Shown: positions 1-8,690 of the stretch, in pieces
Layout of the letters: the number at the start of each line of letters is the position of its first letter
Position numbering within the stretch: the first letter of the stretch is position 1
Virus record (IMG/VR): IMGVR_UViG_3300029288_005816
Location: 26,755-90,754 of that record
From: a virus
Lineage: Duplodnaviria > Caudoviricetes
DNA: 64,000 nt
Reading direction: 5' to 3' (one strand)
The notes under the pieces: model-generated
The model's input: the letters and a program-made list of their open reading frames with translations, nothing else
Database searches by the model: none
Told to the model about the DNA's origin: nothing
Translations under genes and position numbers: made by a program

Positions 1-811
1 TATCTTGCATTCTTAATCTTGTTTGTATGTCAAGAGCACCAAACGGTTCGTCTAAGAGTAGCATTTCATTATTTGCAATTAAACTCCTAGCAATTGCAAC
101 CCTTTGGAGCTGCCCTCCACTTAAAATAGGATATTGTGCAAATTTGTGTTCATGTCCTTCAAGATTAACGATTTTTATCATTTCCATAGCTTGTTCTTCT
201 CTTTCTGCCTTTGCAACGCCTTTTAACTCTAATGGTAAAGCAACGTTTTGCAAAACTGTAGACCATGGGAAAGATGAATATTGTTGAAAAACCATTCCTA
301 CTTTGTCGTTGGCCGTTTGTAATTTACCGTCAACTAAAATTTCGCCAGATGTTGGTTTTTGCAAATTTGCAATATATCTTAATAATGTTGATTTGCCACA
401 TCCACTTGCCCCAACAATTACAGTAAACTGCCCAACGCCTTTTATGTCTCTGACCCGAAGATTAAAATTATCAAATATTATATTTTTTTCTCCAGATTTA
501 TCTTTATAAATCTGAGAAATATTCTTTAATTCCAATTTATCAACTGATTCATACTTTGCTTCATTAAAAATAATTTTTGGACTTTCTTCAGACACAGTAT
601 TTATAACTGGAACCTCAATAGTTTCTGTCTTTGTAGTATCAAAATATGTTTTTTTAGATTGAGAAGTTTCTGAAACGTCACTTTGTACAAAAACCTGGGG
701 TTCTTTTTTTTTACTTCTAAAAATGCTTGAGAAAATATTATTTTTCTTTTTTGTTTCATCTGTGGTACTTGAAACAACGGTCTCTATTTTTTTATCGAAA
801 TAGCCTGGCAT
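1..811 (-). CDS. ABC transporter ATP-binding subunit (NitT/TauT-like), runs off the window's left edge
   Basis: Not in the ORF track. ATG at 811 is in frame with Walker A GASGCGKST (386-412), signature LSGGQLQRVAIAR and Walker B LLLDEPFGALD; about 100 aa low-complexity N-terminal extension. Confidence 0.92.
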   Translation of the reverse strand, partial: MPGYFDKKIETVVSSTTDETKKKNNIFSSIFRSKKKEPQVFVQSDVSETSQSKKTYFDTTKTETIEVPVINTVSEESPKIIFNEAKYESVDKLELKNISQIYKDKSGEKNIIFDNFNLRVRDIKGVGQFTVIVGASGCGKSTLLRYIANLQKPTSGEILVDGKLQTANDKVGMVFQQYSSFPWSTVLQNVALPLELKGVAKAEREEQAMEMIKIVNLEGHEHKFAQYPILSGGQLQRVAIARSLIANNEMLLLDEPFGALDIQTRLRMQD

Positions 812-812
812 A

Positions 813-1601
813 TTAAATGTGTTTAAATTTAAATAATTTTTTATCTAACCATTTAAATAAAATATCTTGTAAGAATCCAATAATAATTATAATTACGATA
901 ATTGCAAAAATTTTATCTAACCTACTTTGCTTGGCCGATGTATAAATCATCGCACCAACGCCACCTTCGTTGTTTACCATTTCTGCAACAATAATGTAAG
1001 TCCAAGAAATAGCAGTAATAACCCTAATATCTGATGATAATTTGGATATAACAGAAGGCCAGTATACTTTTACAAATACCTGCCAGCTTTTTGCACCCAA
1101 GGTGTGAATAGTATCAAGATGTATTTTTTCTGTTTCATAAACTCTTTGTACAACAATTGGTAATAGATAAACTATAATACCAAATGCCAAGAAATTAATT
1201 TTCATGCCAGAAGATATTCCAAACCATGCAATAAATACTCCGACTAATCCAGTAAGAGGAACATACCTTAATGCATCAATGTATTTGCTAAACATACTTC
1301 TCATAAATGGAATTAATGCAACTAAAAAACCAATTGGAACAGAAAAAGCAATGGCTTTAATATATCCCGCTACATTTAGTTTAATAGAATATAAAATATT
1401 TGCAATCAAATTTTCTTTTTTCAAGAGTTCGAAAAAAGACAAAACAACGCTTTCTGGACTTGGAATTGTTTGAGGCTTTACCCATCCAGTACCAGTGGTT
1501 ATTAAAAACCAAATTGCTACAAGAAACAGAAAGCCAGCAACCCCTATTATTGTGGATAGTTTATCCGATAATTTTCCGCCTAATTTAAAAAGTGATTTCA
1601 T
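813..1601 (-). CDS. ABC transporter permease (SsuC/TauC-like)
   Basis: Multiple TM segments, EAA-like loop (DTIHTLGAKSWQVFVKVYWP), C-terminal IIVAEM...G.GAMIY; adjacent to the ATPase. Confidence 0.88.
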   Translation of the reverse strand: MKSLFKLGGKLSDKLSTIIGVAGFLFLVAIWFLITTGTGWVKPQTIPSPESVVLSFFELLKKENLIANILYSIKLNVAGYIKAIAFSVPIGFLVALIPFMRSMFSKYIDALRYVPLTGLVGVFIAWFGISSGMKINFLAFGIIVYLLPIVVQRVYETEKIHLDTIHTLGAKSWQVFVKVYWPSVISKLSSDIRVITAISWTYIIVAEMVNNEGGVGAMIYTSAKQSRLDKIFAIIVIIIIIGFLQDILFKWLDKKLFKFKHI

Positions 1602-1620
1602 TTTTTATTTTTAAAGAGTT

Positions 1621-1653
1621 AAAAAAAGCGCTCAAAGCTTGAGCGCTTTTTTT
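1621..1653. terminator. Intrinsic terminator-like hairpin, bidirectional
   Basis: AAAAAAAGCGCTCAA-AGC-TTGAGCGCTTTTTTT perfect inverted repeat with A/T tracts. Confidence 0.8.
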
Positions 1654-1667
1654 ATATTTAAATTTTA

Positions 1668-3182
1668 TTAGTCTTTAATTAGTTCAAAATCTGTGGTTCT
1701 GTATTTTTCATCGCTACCTTTTGAACCTGCATTGATAGCGTTTATTGAGCCATTCCCTTTAACAATAAACCTGTTTGGGTCGAATTTGAATTCTTTAATG
1801 AGGTAATCGGCAACTGATTGTGCTCTTTTTTCTGATAATGTTTTATTAAAAGTTGGGTTTCCAGAATTATCAGTATTTCCTTCGATACGAATTCTGGCAC
1901 CAGCATTTGTTTTAGCGATTTCAACAAATTCTCTGTTGATTTTTGCTTTTGCTTCTCCAGTTAAAGTATATGAACCAGTTGGGAAATTAATTGTAACTTT
2001 TTTTGTTGTATAAGCTGTTTTATTTTTTATATCTTCTGTAACAGGAGTAAATTTCTTATTTACTTCACACAAATGGCCATTTCCAGTAAGAGTAGAACTT
2101 TTTACCAATACAGCATCAGAAACATCTCTCCATAACAAAGGATTTTCAACCATTTTAATTTTTTGATATTCTCCAGACATAGAAGTATATAATAAATCAC
2201 CAGTAACCCAATTGGCATCTCCAAGACCAAAGAAATTTTTATTATCTCCATGAGTTGTGTATCTTACATTTTCCATTGAAGCCAATGCATCTGATTCTGT
2301 CATTTGAAATTTATCTGCTAAAATTTTAGCGGCTTTATCTCTTGCATTGTCTTTGTTTGCATTAAGTTCAGAAGCACCAACCATCCAACCATCATAGAGT
2401 TTTTGCAATTTTTCTAAATTATTTTTTACATATTCTTCTTTTGCGATAAAACCATCTGCAATAATAAATGTGGCTTCTTTTGTACTTGCTAAAACTTTAG
2501 ACCCTGATACTTTTTTCACACAATCTATATCATCTGGAGACCAAACTACAGCTGCAGCAACAGTTCCTTGTTTAAATAAATTAGCAGCATCAATAGCATT
2601 TGGAACAGGTTTAATTTCAATGTCTTCCAATGTCATGTTATTGGCCTTCAATAAATTGATTAAAAACGAATGACTTGGAGTGCCTTCTGCAACAGCTACA
2701 GTTTTACCTTTAAGGTCTGATATTTTTTCTACAGACAAATCAACTACAATAGCATCTCCACCACGAGACCAATCGGCCTGAAATAAAAATTTAGGATTTG
2801 AGAGCGCCATAGTTCCTTGTCTGCTCATCTCTGTTGGAAGAGCATCAACGGTACACCATAACAAATCTACTTCACCAGCTTCAAATGCTTTTCTGGAAGC
2901 AAGGAAATCGTCAAGAACAACAAACTGTACCTGGATACCATAATCTTTATAAAATCTACATTCCATATTTGGCTCAAATCCGTTATTCATATACTGCCCT
3001 GCAGCATATCCTGGCCATGTAACTACGCCAATTTTAATTACACCACCGCTTTTAGTTTTTCCTGCGAATGAATTTATTTTATCCTGGAAGGAAAAATATA
3101 AAACCCCCAAAATTAAAACAACTATTGTAGCAAGTACAATCTTGCCTCTTGTTGTCAAACCACCTGTTTTTGTTGTTGTCAT
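1668..3182 (-). CDS. ABC substrate-binding protein (NMT1/SsuA-like) fused to C-terminal OmpA peptidoglycan-binding domain
   Basis: N-terminal TM anchor; DWSRGGDAIV and DLKGKTVAVAEGTPSH periplasmic-binding motifs; OmpA motifs IEGNTD..G....N..LSEKRAQSV. Confidence 0.85.
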   Translation of the reverse strand: MTTTKTGGLTTRGKIVLATIVVLILGVLYFSFQDKINSFAGKTKSGGVIKIGVVTWPGYAAGQYMNNGFEPNMECRFYKDYGIQVQFVVLDDFLASRKAFEAGEVDLLWCTVDALPTEMSRQGTMALSNPKFLFQADWSRGGDAIVVDLSVEKISDLKGKTVAVAEGTPSHSFLINLLKANNMTLEDIEIKPVPNAIDAANLFKQGTVAAAVVWSPDDIDCVKKVSGSKVLASTKEATFIIADGFIAKEEYVKNNLEKLQKLYDGWMVGASELNANKDNARDKAAKILADKFQMTESDALASMENVRYTTHGDNKNFFGLGDANWVTGDLLYTSMSGEYQKIKMVENPLLWRDVSDAVLVKSSTLTGNGHLCEVNKKFTPVTEDIKNKTAYTTKKVTINFPTGSYTLTGEAKAKINREFVEIAKTNAGARIRIEGNTDNSGNPTFNKTLSEKRAQSVADYLIKEFKFDPNRFIVKGNGSINAINAGSKGSDEKYRTTDFELIKD

Positions 3183-3233
3183 AAAATTTTAATTTTAAAT
3201 TTAAATTAATAATAAATAATGTTTACGCCTAAT

Positions 3234-3261
3234 TATACGCAATTTTGTTTAAAAGGTTACA
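3234..3261 (-). promoter_or_regulatory. WAAC-N16-CGTA promoter motif copy
   Basis: TGTAAC-16nt-CGTATA upstream of the 3182 start. Confidence 0.7.
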
Positions 3262-3992
3262 CCAAATGTTAAATAAATCTTTTCCATTTGTGGATTAACG
3301 CACAGTTGAATATTAGATGGCAGAGTATAAGTTTCATTAAATTTTATTTTATAATTATAAGCTGCGCCTACATTTACAACATTAAATCCATTTAATTTAT
3401 TCAAATAAAAATCGCTTTGCCCAGTAATTGCCCCAACATATATTTCCCAATCTTCACAAAGATATCTTGTTTCAAGATATGTGGTATATTTACTATTTCC
3501 ATTTTCAGATAAATCCCATCCACTATATAATAATGTTGATGCTGTCAATCTAATGGGAATTTTATTTGTACCCATAAATGTTAAATCACACATGATATGA
3601 TGATATCCAGCTGTATCCGAATAATTAAAACAATCTTGGTTATTTCCAGTTAAATCAATATAAAAATCTGTAGCAGAAAGTTTTAAAAACTTATATGTAT
3701 ACGAGGCATATAAATCAGCTTCATAATAATTATTTAAAACACTTACTGAACCAATTGTGCCAACTTCTATGTTTCCAGTTTTAAGTGACAAAATTGGTTG
3801 AATATTTGGTCTATTATCAAGCATTGTTCCCCTCCACACGTATTGGCTAACCACTCCAGCACCCGCAAATGTTTCTATTTTAATTTTGTTCACATCAGTT
3901 TTTGATGTATCTACTGTTTGGCCAGAAGCACGTAATACAAATAATACGGTTAATCCAGCAAGTAATGATATAAAAATAATAAATTTTTTCAT
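3249..3992 (-). CDS. Putative outer-membrane beta-barrel, TorF/Gcw_chp-like porin
   Basis: Signal peptide from MKKFIIF (ATG 3992), SQYVWRG motif, C-terminal Phe (FGVTF). Confidence 0.65.
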   Translation of the reverse strand: MKKFIIFISLLAGLTVLFVLRASGQTVDTSKTDVNKIKIETFAGAGVVSQYVWRGTMLDNRPNIQPILSLKTGNIEVGTIGSVSVLNNYYEADLYASYTYKFLKLSATDFYIDLTGNNQDCFNYSDTAGYHHIMCDLTFMGTNKIPIRLTASTLLYSGWDLSENGNSKYTTYLETRYLCEDWEIYVGAITGQSDFYLNKLNGFNVVNVGAAYNYKIKFNETYTLPSNIQLCVNPQMEKIYLTFGVTF

Positions 3993-4048
3993 TTTAAATC
4001 TTCTTTTAAAGTATTGCATAATTATGTTATTTAATGTTATTTAATTAT

Positions 4049-5071
4049 TTAAAAATATTTACCTGATAAAGGGTCTTTTTGCAAAGTTTTAGCAGTTTCA
4101 TTTAATGTAGGAATTTCAAACTTATTTGATAGTAAAACTTTTTCTTTCCCTGAATTTACATCAAAATCATTAAAGAAAGAATCAAATCCACCCTGTTCAT
4201 ATTCTTCTAGCATACGCATTCCGTCTTCTGCAAAAATACCTTGTTCAATATCAATTCCTTGAACCAATCCTTCAGACATATCCATAAACCTATCCATAGT
4301 GCCAAGTTTTTGAGAGACTTCTTCTTCCATTTTTTCAAGAGCCAACTCAAACATAGCCCTTTCATTTGGGTCGCCATTCAAAATAGACATACTTGAAACT
4401 AATGCCGCATAACCTTGTTTAATAGTTTTGTATTCTATTTCTTTTTGTTCCATTTCATCTTTTAAATCCTCTATTACGATGCCAGAAACTTCATACATTT
4501 TTTTCAAAACAGTATAAATTTTCTGAATTTTTGCAAGTAAATCGGATAATTTAATAGTAGTTTCTCTTCTACGACCAGCTTTCCTAGACTCAAGGTAAAC
4601 TTGCCCTTTTAATTCTTTTTCTTTAGCAGATGATGCAATTTTTAAACTTCTCTCAATATTTTGTTTGTTTTCACTTATTTTTCTTTCTAATCCACGAATT
4701 TCCCCAGAAAGTTTAGCAATATGGTCATTCATTTTTTCATGATTTTTTTCCAAATTTTCAATATGAATTTTAATAATTGCGATTGGATTAAGCTCAACAA
4801 AAATGCCAGTAATATAACGCATAAACATCTTAAATCCGAAAGAAAAAAGGGTTCTTATTTTTTTGTTTGTTACAAGAAAAATAAGTAAAACAATTGCCCC
4901 AAGAAGAAGCATGGCATGGAGAGTATTGGTTAAAAGAACTATAATAAATGGAAGCGCTTTATATAACAAATATGCTCCACCAATTCCCAATAAAACTAAA
5001 ACCCATTTTCCGACTTTACCTTCCGGCTTATCGAAAAATCCTTTAACTCCTTTTTCTAAACTATTTTCCAT
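4049..5071 (-). CDS. Membrane-anchored coiled-coil protein, PspA/IM30-like
   Basis: Two N-terminal TM helices followed by a long heptad-rich region; family call is inference. Confidence 0.55.
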   Translation of the reverse strand: MENSLEKGVKGFFDKPEGKVGKWVLVLLGIGGAYLLYKALPFIIVLLTNTLHAMLLLGAIVLLIFLVTNKKIRTLFSFGFKMFMRYITGIFVELNPIAIIKIHIENLEKNHEKMNDHIAKLSGEIRGLERKISENKQNIERSLKIASSAKEKELKGQVYLESRKAGRRRETTIKLSDLLAKIQKIYTVLKKMYEVSGIVIEDLKDEMEQKEIEYKTIKQGYAALVSSMSILNGDPNERAMFELALEKMEEEVSQKLGTMDRFMDMSEGLVQGIDIEQGIFAEDGMRMLEEYEQGGFDSFFNDFDVNSGKEKVLLSNKFEIPTLNETAKTLQKDPLSGKYF

Positions 5072-5094
5072 TTTTAAATTTTTAAAATTAATAA

Positions 5095-5793
5095 TTATTG
5101 AATATGTTGATTTATTTTTTCCTTGTATCCTAAGATTTGATTTTCCAATTGTTGAATTGTTATATCAAAATCTGCTTGCTTCTGGGCAATTGCAAATTTA
5201 GACTGTTCTACTTCTGCTTTTGTTGTAGCAACAGTATTACTTATCTCTTGAATTTCTTGAGTAAGCTTTTGTATTTGTGCTGCTTTTTCTTGAGCAGTTT
5301 TTGATAACTGTTCAATGTAGCTTTCTTTTTTATCCACCATTTCGACGGTTGCCTTACCCATTTCTTTTTGAAATACTGCCTTTTCATTGTCAATGACATC
5401 AATATAATGGTCAATCGACTCGGTAAGATGCTCTTTGGTCATTCCACCAGACGAATTTGCAAGGGTTGCAAAAACCATATTAAATTTCGTTTTTTCATCA
5501 ACCGACAAACTTGACATCTTGTTAAGAGACTGCATAAATTCAAAAAAATCATTGCCATCAAGATTATTTTCTTCAATAGCAACAGATAGTTTTTCATAAA
5601 TGTCATTATCAATTTTACCAATCACCTGACCAGGTGTAGAATTAACTGCTGAAGTGAAAAAAATTGACGGTTTTTTTGACTCTGTTGCAGAACCTTGTTT
5701 AGTTTCTGTTTTATTTTCAGAAGAATTTTGCTTTGTAGTTTTTTCTTCTACTTCGACCTCTTTTACAAGACCTAATTTGTTTAGTATGTTCAT
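5095..5793 (-). CDS. Hypothetical coiled-coil protein, first gene of the transporter operon
   Basis: 232 aa ORF with Q/E/K-rich C-terminal coiled coil. Confidence 0.75.
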   Translation of the reverse strand: MNILNKLGLVKEVEVEEKTTKQNSSENKTETKQGSATESKKPSIFFTSAVNSTPGQVIGKIDNDIYEKLSVAIEENNLDGNDFFEFMQSLNKMSSLSVDEKTKFNMVFATLANSSGGMTKEHLTESIDHYIDVIDNEKAVFQKEMGKATVEMVDKKESYIEQLSKTAQEKAAQIQKLTQEIQEISNTVATTKAEVEQSKFAIAQKQADFDITIQQLENQILGYKEKINQHIQ

Positions 5794-5827
5794 AATATTA
5801 TTATATTAAATTGTTAATTTTTCAGTT

Positions 5828-5855
5828 TATACGAGAAAATTTGAAATTTGTTATA
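5828..5855 (-). promoter_or_regulatory. WAAC-N16-CGTA promoter motif copy
   Basis: TATAAC-16nt-CGTATA upstream of the 5793 start. Confidence 0.7.
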
Positions 5856-6040
5856 TTTTTTTAAAAATATAATTAAATATCAGATAGAAAATTCAATCTA
5901 TAATATTATATTTCAGCCACAAATCATCCATCTGAATATATTTTTATTACTTTGACTATTTGGCCATTTTCAACTGATAATTGATGTTAACGTCTTTTAT
6001 TACATTAAAAGATACAATTACTTCTACTGTATCTCCAGGA

Positions 6041-6473
6041 TTATACATAAATTAAACTATCTATAAATTGAAATAAACAATTTTCTGAAACATTGAACCA
6101 TTCAGTCCTACCATCACTTTTTTTGTTTATTATATAAGTTGGATGTTTTATTCTGTTTTTTTTAAAATGTTCAAATACTTTGTTTTCAAAAGCCCCCCAT
6201 GTTTTCATAAATCACTCTGCATGTAATAATTTTACCTCCACTATAATATTTTGAGTTCAATTCTCTGCACCTTCTGTTTATATCTATGGAAACACCTACC
6301 TTATATATGTGGTATTTTGAATCATATAAAACATATAAATGTTGCTCTTCTTTGCTATAATATTTTTTGCATTTAGGACATCCGTTTCCACTTAAATGCG
6401 AAGTCGGAGCTTGTTCAAAAACCCCATGAATTGGACAAATTATCTTTACCTTTAATCCATCAACAAAACAAAG
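6041..6473 (-). pseudogene. Truncated, frameshifted DUF723-type Zn repeat + GIY-YIG/T5orf172-like endonuclease
   Basis: Manual translation: KVKIICPIHGVFEQ...GCPKC, YKVGVSIDINRR, then an extra G in a G6 run (about 6193-6198), then ...KSDGRTEWF...; no own start codon. Confidence 0.7.
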
Positions 6474-7361
6474 TTATTTATAAAGATTGTTTTTTAAAAT
6501 ATAATCTATTACTTTTTCGTCTAAAATCTCTTTTAATTTATCTTTAGATGGATTTTTCTCTTTTAAGATATTTCTTGCCATTGTAGAAGAGACAGCAGGT
6601 ATGTGAAATTTTTCCTCATCATGAATATAAATATGCGGTGATTGTAAATACCATTTCACACACTCATCTCTTTTGACGCCATTTCTTGGCACTACTATAA
6701 AAGGAACATCCATTTTTAGTAACTCTTCAAAATTGTACCAATCTTTTATTGTATTGGCTCTATCGATACCCATTACAAAAGAAAATCTATAATTTTCATA
6801 CTCTTTATCATGAATCAATTTATTGAGCATGTGATAGGTTTCACCGTGCAATTGATGTTTTATTTCATAATCGCAGACTTTTATTCTGCCATCATTACTT
6901 GCAGCTATTTTTAGCATTTTAATTCTATGTTCTGAAGAGAGCATTTGCTTTCCATCCATATGTTGAAAAGCTGGCATCATCCAGACTTCATCAGCCCATT
7001 TACTTGCTTTTAAAACAAGATTCGCAATCCCTATATGTGCTTTAGTACAGCAATCAAAAGCACCCCCCAAGATTGCCACTTGAGTCTTTCTTCCTCTACC
7101 TTTATATTGAAGCATTCTTCTTCTAATCTTTGCTTCATTACTTTTGACAAGTTCAGAAATATCCCATCCACTTTCATTGCAAAGCTGAATAAGACTTGCG
7201 AGTAAATCACCTGCTTCTTCTTTTAAATTTGTTAAATCTGTATAATTACAAAGTTCTCTACATTCTCCTGAAATATCTTCCAATCTTTTAGTAAGTGAAG
7301 TATGTACAAAAGCTTCTAAAAATACTTTATTTACAATCTCTTGTAATTCTTTGTGCTCCAT
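6474..7361 (-). CDS. nadD: MazG-like pyrophosphohydrolase fused to nicotinate/nicotinamide-nucleotide adenylyltransferase (NadD family)
   Basis: N-terminal LKEEAGDLL MazG motif; GGAFDCCTKAH (GGxFDPxHxGH variant), FVMGIDRANTIKDW, VSSTMAR. Confidence 0.82.
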   Translation of the reverse strand: MEHKELQEIVNKVFLEAFVHTSLTKRLEDISGECRELCNYTDLTNLKEEAGDLLASLIQLCNESGWDISELVKSNEAKIRRRMLQYKGRGRKTQVAILGGAFDCCTKAHIGIANLVLKASKWADEVWMMPAFQHMDGKQMLSSEHRIKMLKIAASNDGRIKVCDYEIKHQLHGETYHMLNKLIHDKEYENYRFSFVMGIDRANTIKDWYNFEELLKMDVPFIVVPRNGVKRDECVKWYLQSPHIYIHDEEKFHIPAVSSTMARNILKEKNPSKDKLKEILDEKVIDYILKNNLYK

Positions 7362-7362
7362 A

Positions 7363-7563
7363 TTAACCTTTCAAAATTTGTTTTTTTTCTTTATAAGGAA
7401 AGTATCTTCCAACAATTACCCCTAACAAGAAGATTATAATTGCTAAAAGCCCAAGTACTGCTTTAAAAATAAAGACTCCAAACGCAAAAACATAAGAGCC
7501 GACAAAACAAGCAGCAACAATTGCTGCAATAATAAAAATGATAATTAAATATTTTTTTTTCAT
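7363..7563 (-). CDS. Small membrane protein
   Basis: 66 aa, two hydrophobic helices. Confidence 0.6.
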   Translation of the reverse strand: MKKKYLIIIFIIAAIVAACFVGSYVFAFGVFIFKAVLGLLAIIIFLLGVIVGRYFPYKEKKQILKG

Positions 7564-7590
7564 ATTAAATTTGTTTTTAAATTAATATTT

Positions 7591-7618
7591 TATACGTACA
7601 AAATTAAAAAAAGTTTCA
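7591..7618 (-). promoter_or_regulatory. WAAC-N16-CGTA promoter motif copy
   Basis: TGAAAC-16nt-CGTATA. Confidence 0.7.
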
Positions 7619-7670
7619 GATATAAAAAAATCGAAAGACATATTGTTTCTTGAAATGTCCTTCGATTTTT

Positions 7671-7710
7671 TATCGGACATGTCCGATATTTATCGGACAT
7701 GTCCGATATT
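7671..7710. repeat. Tandem 20-bp repeat, each unit containing an 18-bp perfect palindrome
   Basis: TATCGGACATGTCCGATATT x2, beside a terminator-like hairpin at about 7625-7671. Confidence 0.9.
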
Positions 7711-8234
7711 TATAATTTTATTTTTTTTGGAATTCCATTCATAGCAAGATAAAAATTACTATATTCTTGAAGATGTGTGACTTCTTCTCCGAACCATGAT
7801 GGTGCAATAAAAGAATCACAATCTAATTCATTATCAAATTCTACTTCTACAGTATATAGTCCATTTAAATTATTTTTATATACATCCAGATAAGCTCTTT
7901 GTTTATGCCCTTCAAGAGGTAATTCATATCTATATTTATGAACAGATATGTTTTTACATAATGGCCATAATATGTGAAATTGAGGTTTTAAAAGTTCAAC
8001 TTCGTATTCTTCTCTAATTTTAGTTCCAGTCCCTTTAATTGTTTGATAGCATTGCTCTCCAAGATTATAATTTGTTGGAGACATATGCAATACTTGCCTA
8101 AGCCTATATATATAACTACTTCCTAAAAAATTTTGAATATATCCTTGATTAATATCCCTATAAGCTTGCTTTGACAAATCTGGTAAATTTTCAACCAATA
8201 CAATAAATTTTCTTTCAATCTCTATGTTTTTCAT
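7710..8234 (-). CDS. CYTH domain protein (triphosphate tunnel metalloenzyme)
   Basis: EIERKF N-terminal motif, KYRY, YLDVY, VEVEF. Confidence 0.88.
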   Translation of the reverse strand: MKNIEIERKFIVLVENLPDLSKQAYRDINQGYIQNFLGSSYIYRLRQVLHMSPTNYNLGEQCYQTIKGTGTKIREEYEVELLKPQFHILWPLCKNISVHKYRYELPLEGHKQRAYLDVYKNNLNGLYTVEVEFDNELDCDSFIAPSWFGEEVTHLQEYSNFYLAMNGIPKKIKL

Positions 8235-8635
8235 ATCTTTAATTTTTTACATTTTTTTAAAGAAAGGCACGCTATTTCTTTTACTATTTTTTCAAAAATT
8301 TCTTTAATTTCTTTTTCATCATTAGCTTTGTCGATTTTTAATGCTATCTCTTCCTTTTTTTCTATTGACAAATTGCCATAACAAAAAATTTTATTACAGT
8401 AAATTGCTTTTTTATTAAGAAAGCCCATTTCATCTAGTTTCTTTTTCATTTCGAAAACACTATCCATATATTTAGATGATAAGTCATCATTAATATTCTT
8501 AAAAATTTCAAATAATTCTTGCTGTTGATTTTCATCTAAACAACAATTTGCAAAAAATAAGGCAATTTTTTCTTCAGTTTCTTTAGAAAAAACTTCTTTC
8601 AGATTAACTTTTTTTAATTTTTCGATATAATTCAT
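8231..8635 (-). CDS. Hypothetical protein
   Basis: 134 aa ORF overlapping the CYTH start by 4 nt. Confidence 0.65.
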   Translation of the reverse strand: MNYIEKLKKVNLKEVFSKETEEKIALFFANCCLDENQQQELFEIFKNINDDLSSKYMDSVFEMKKKLDEMGFLNKKAIYCNKIFCYGNLSIEKKEEIALKIDKANDEKEIKEIFEKIVKEIACLSLKKCKKLKI

Positions 8636-8690
8636 ATTTTTAATTTTTTTTCTTTTTTATTTATAAAACACTGCTAATATATTTATTATC

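Noticed and set aside
27-2673. Plus-strand ORFs 27-287, 303-509, 1204-1473, 1400-1588 and 2470-2673 (and similar shadows throughout)
   Set aside because: Antisense shadows of well-supported minus-strand genes
5880-6047. Possible frameshifted mini-gene MYNPGDTVEVIV...
   Set aside because: Needs an assumed frameshift and has no recognisable motif; too weak to call
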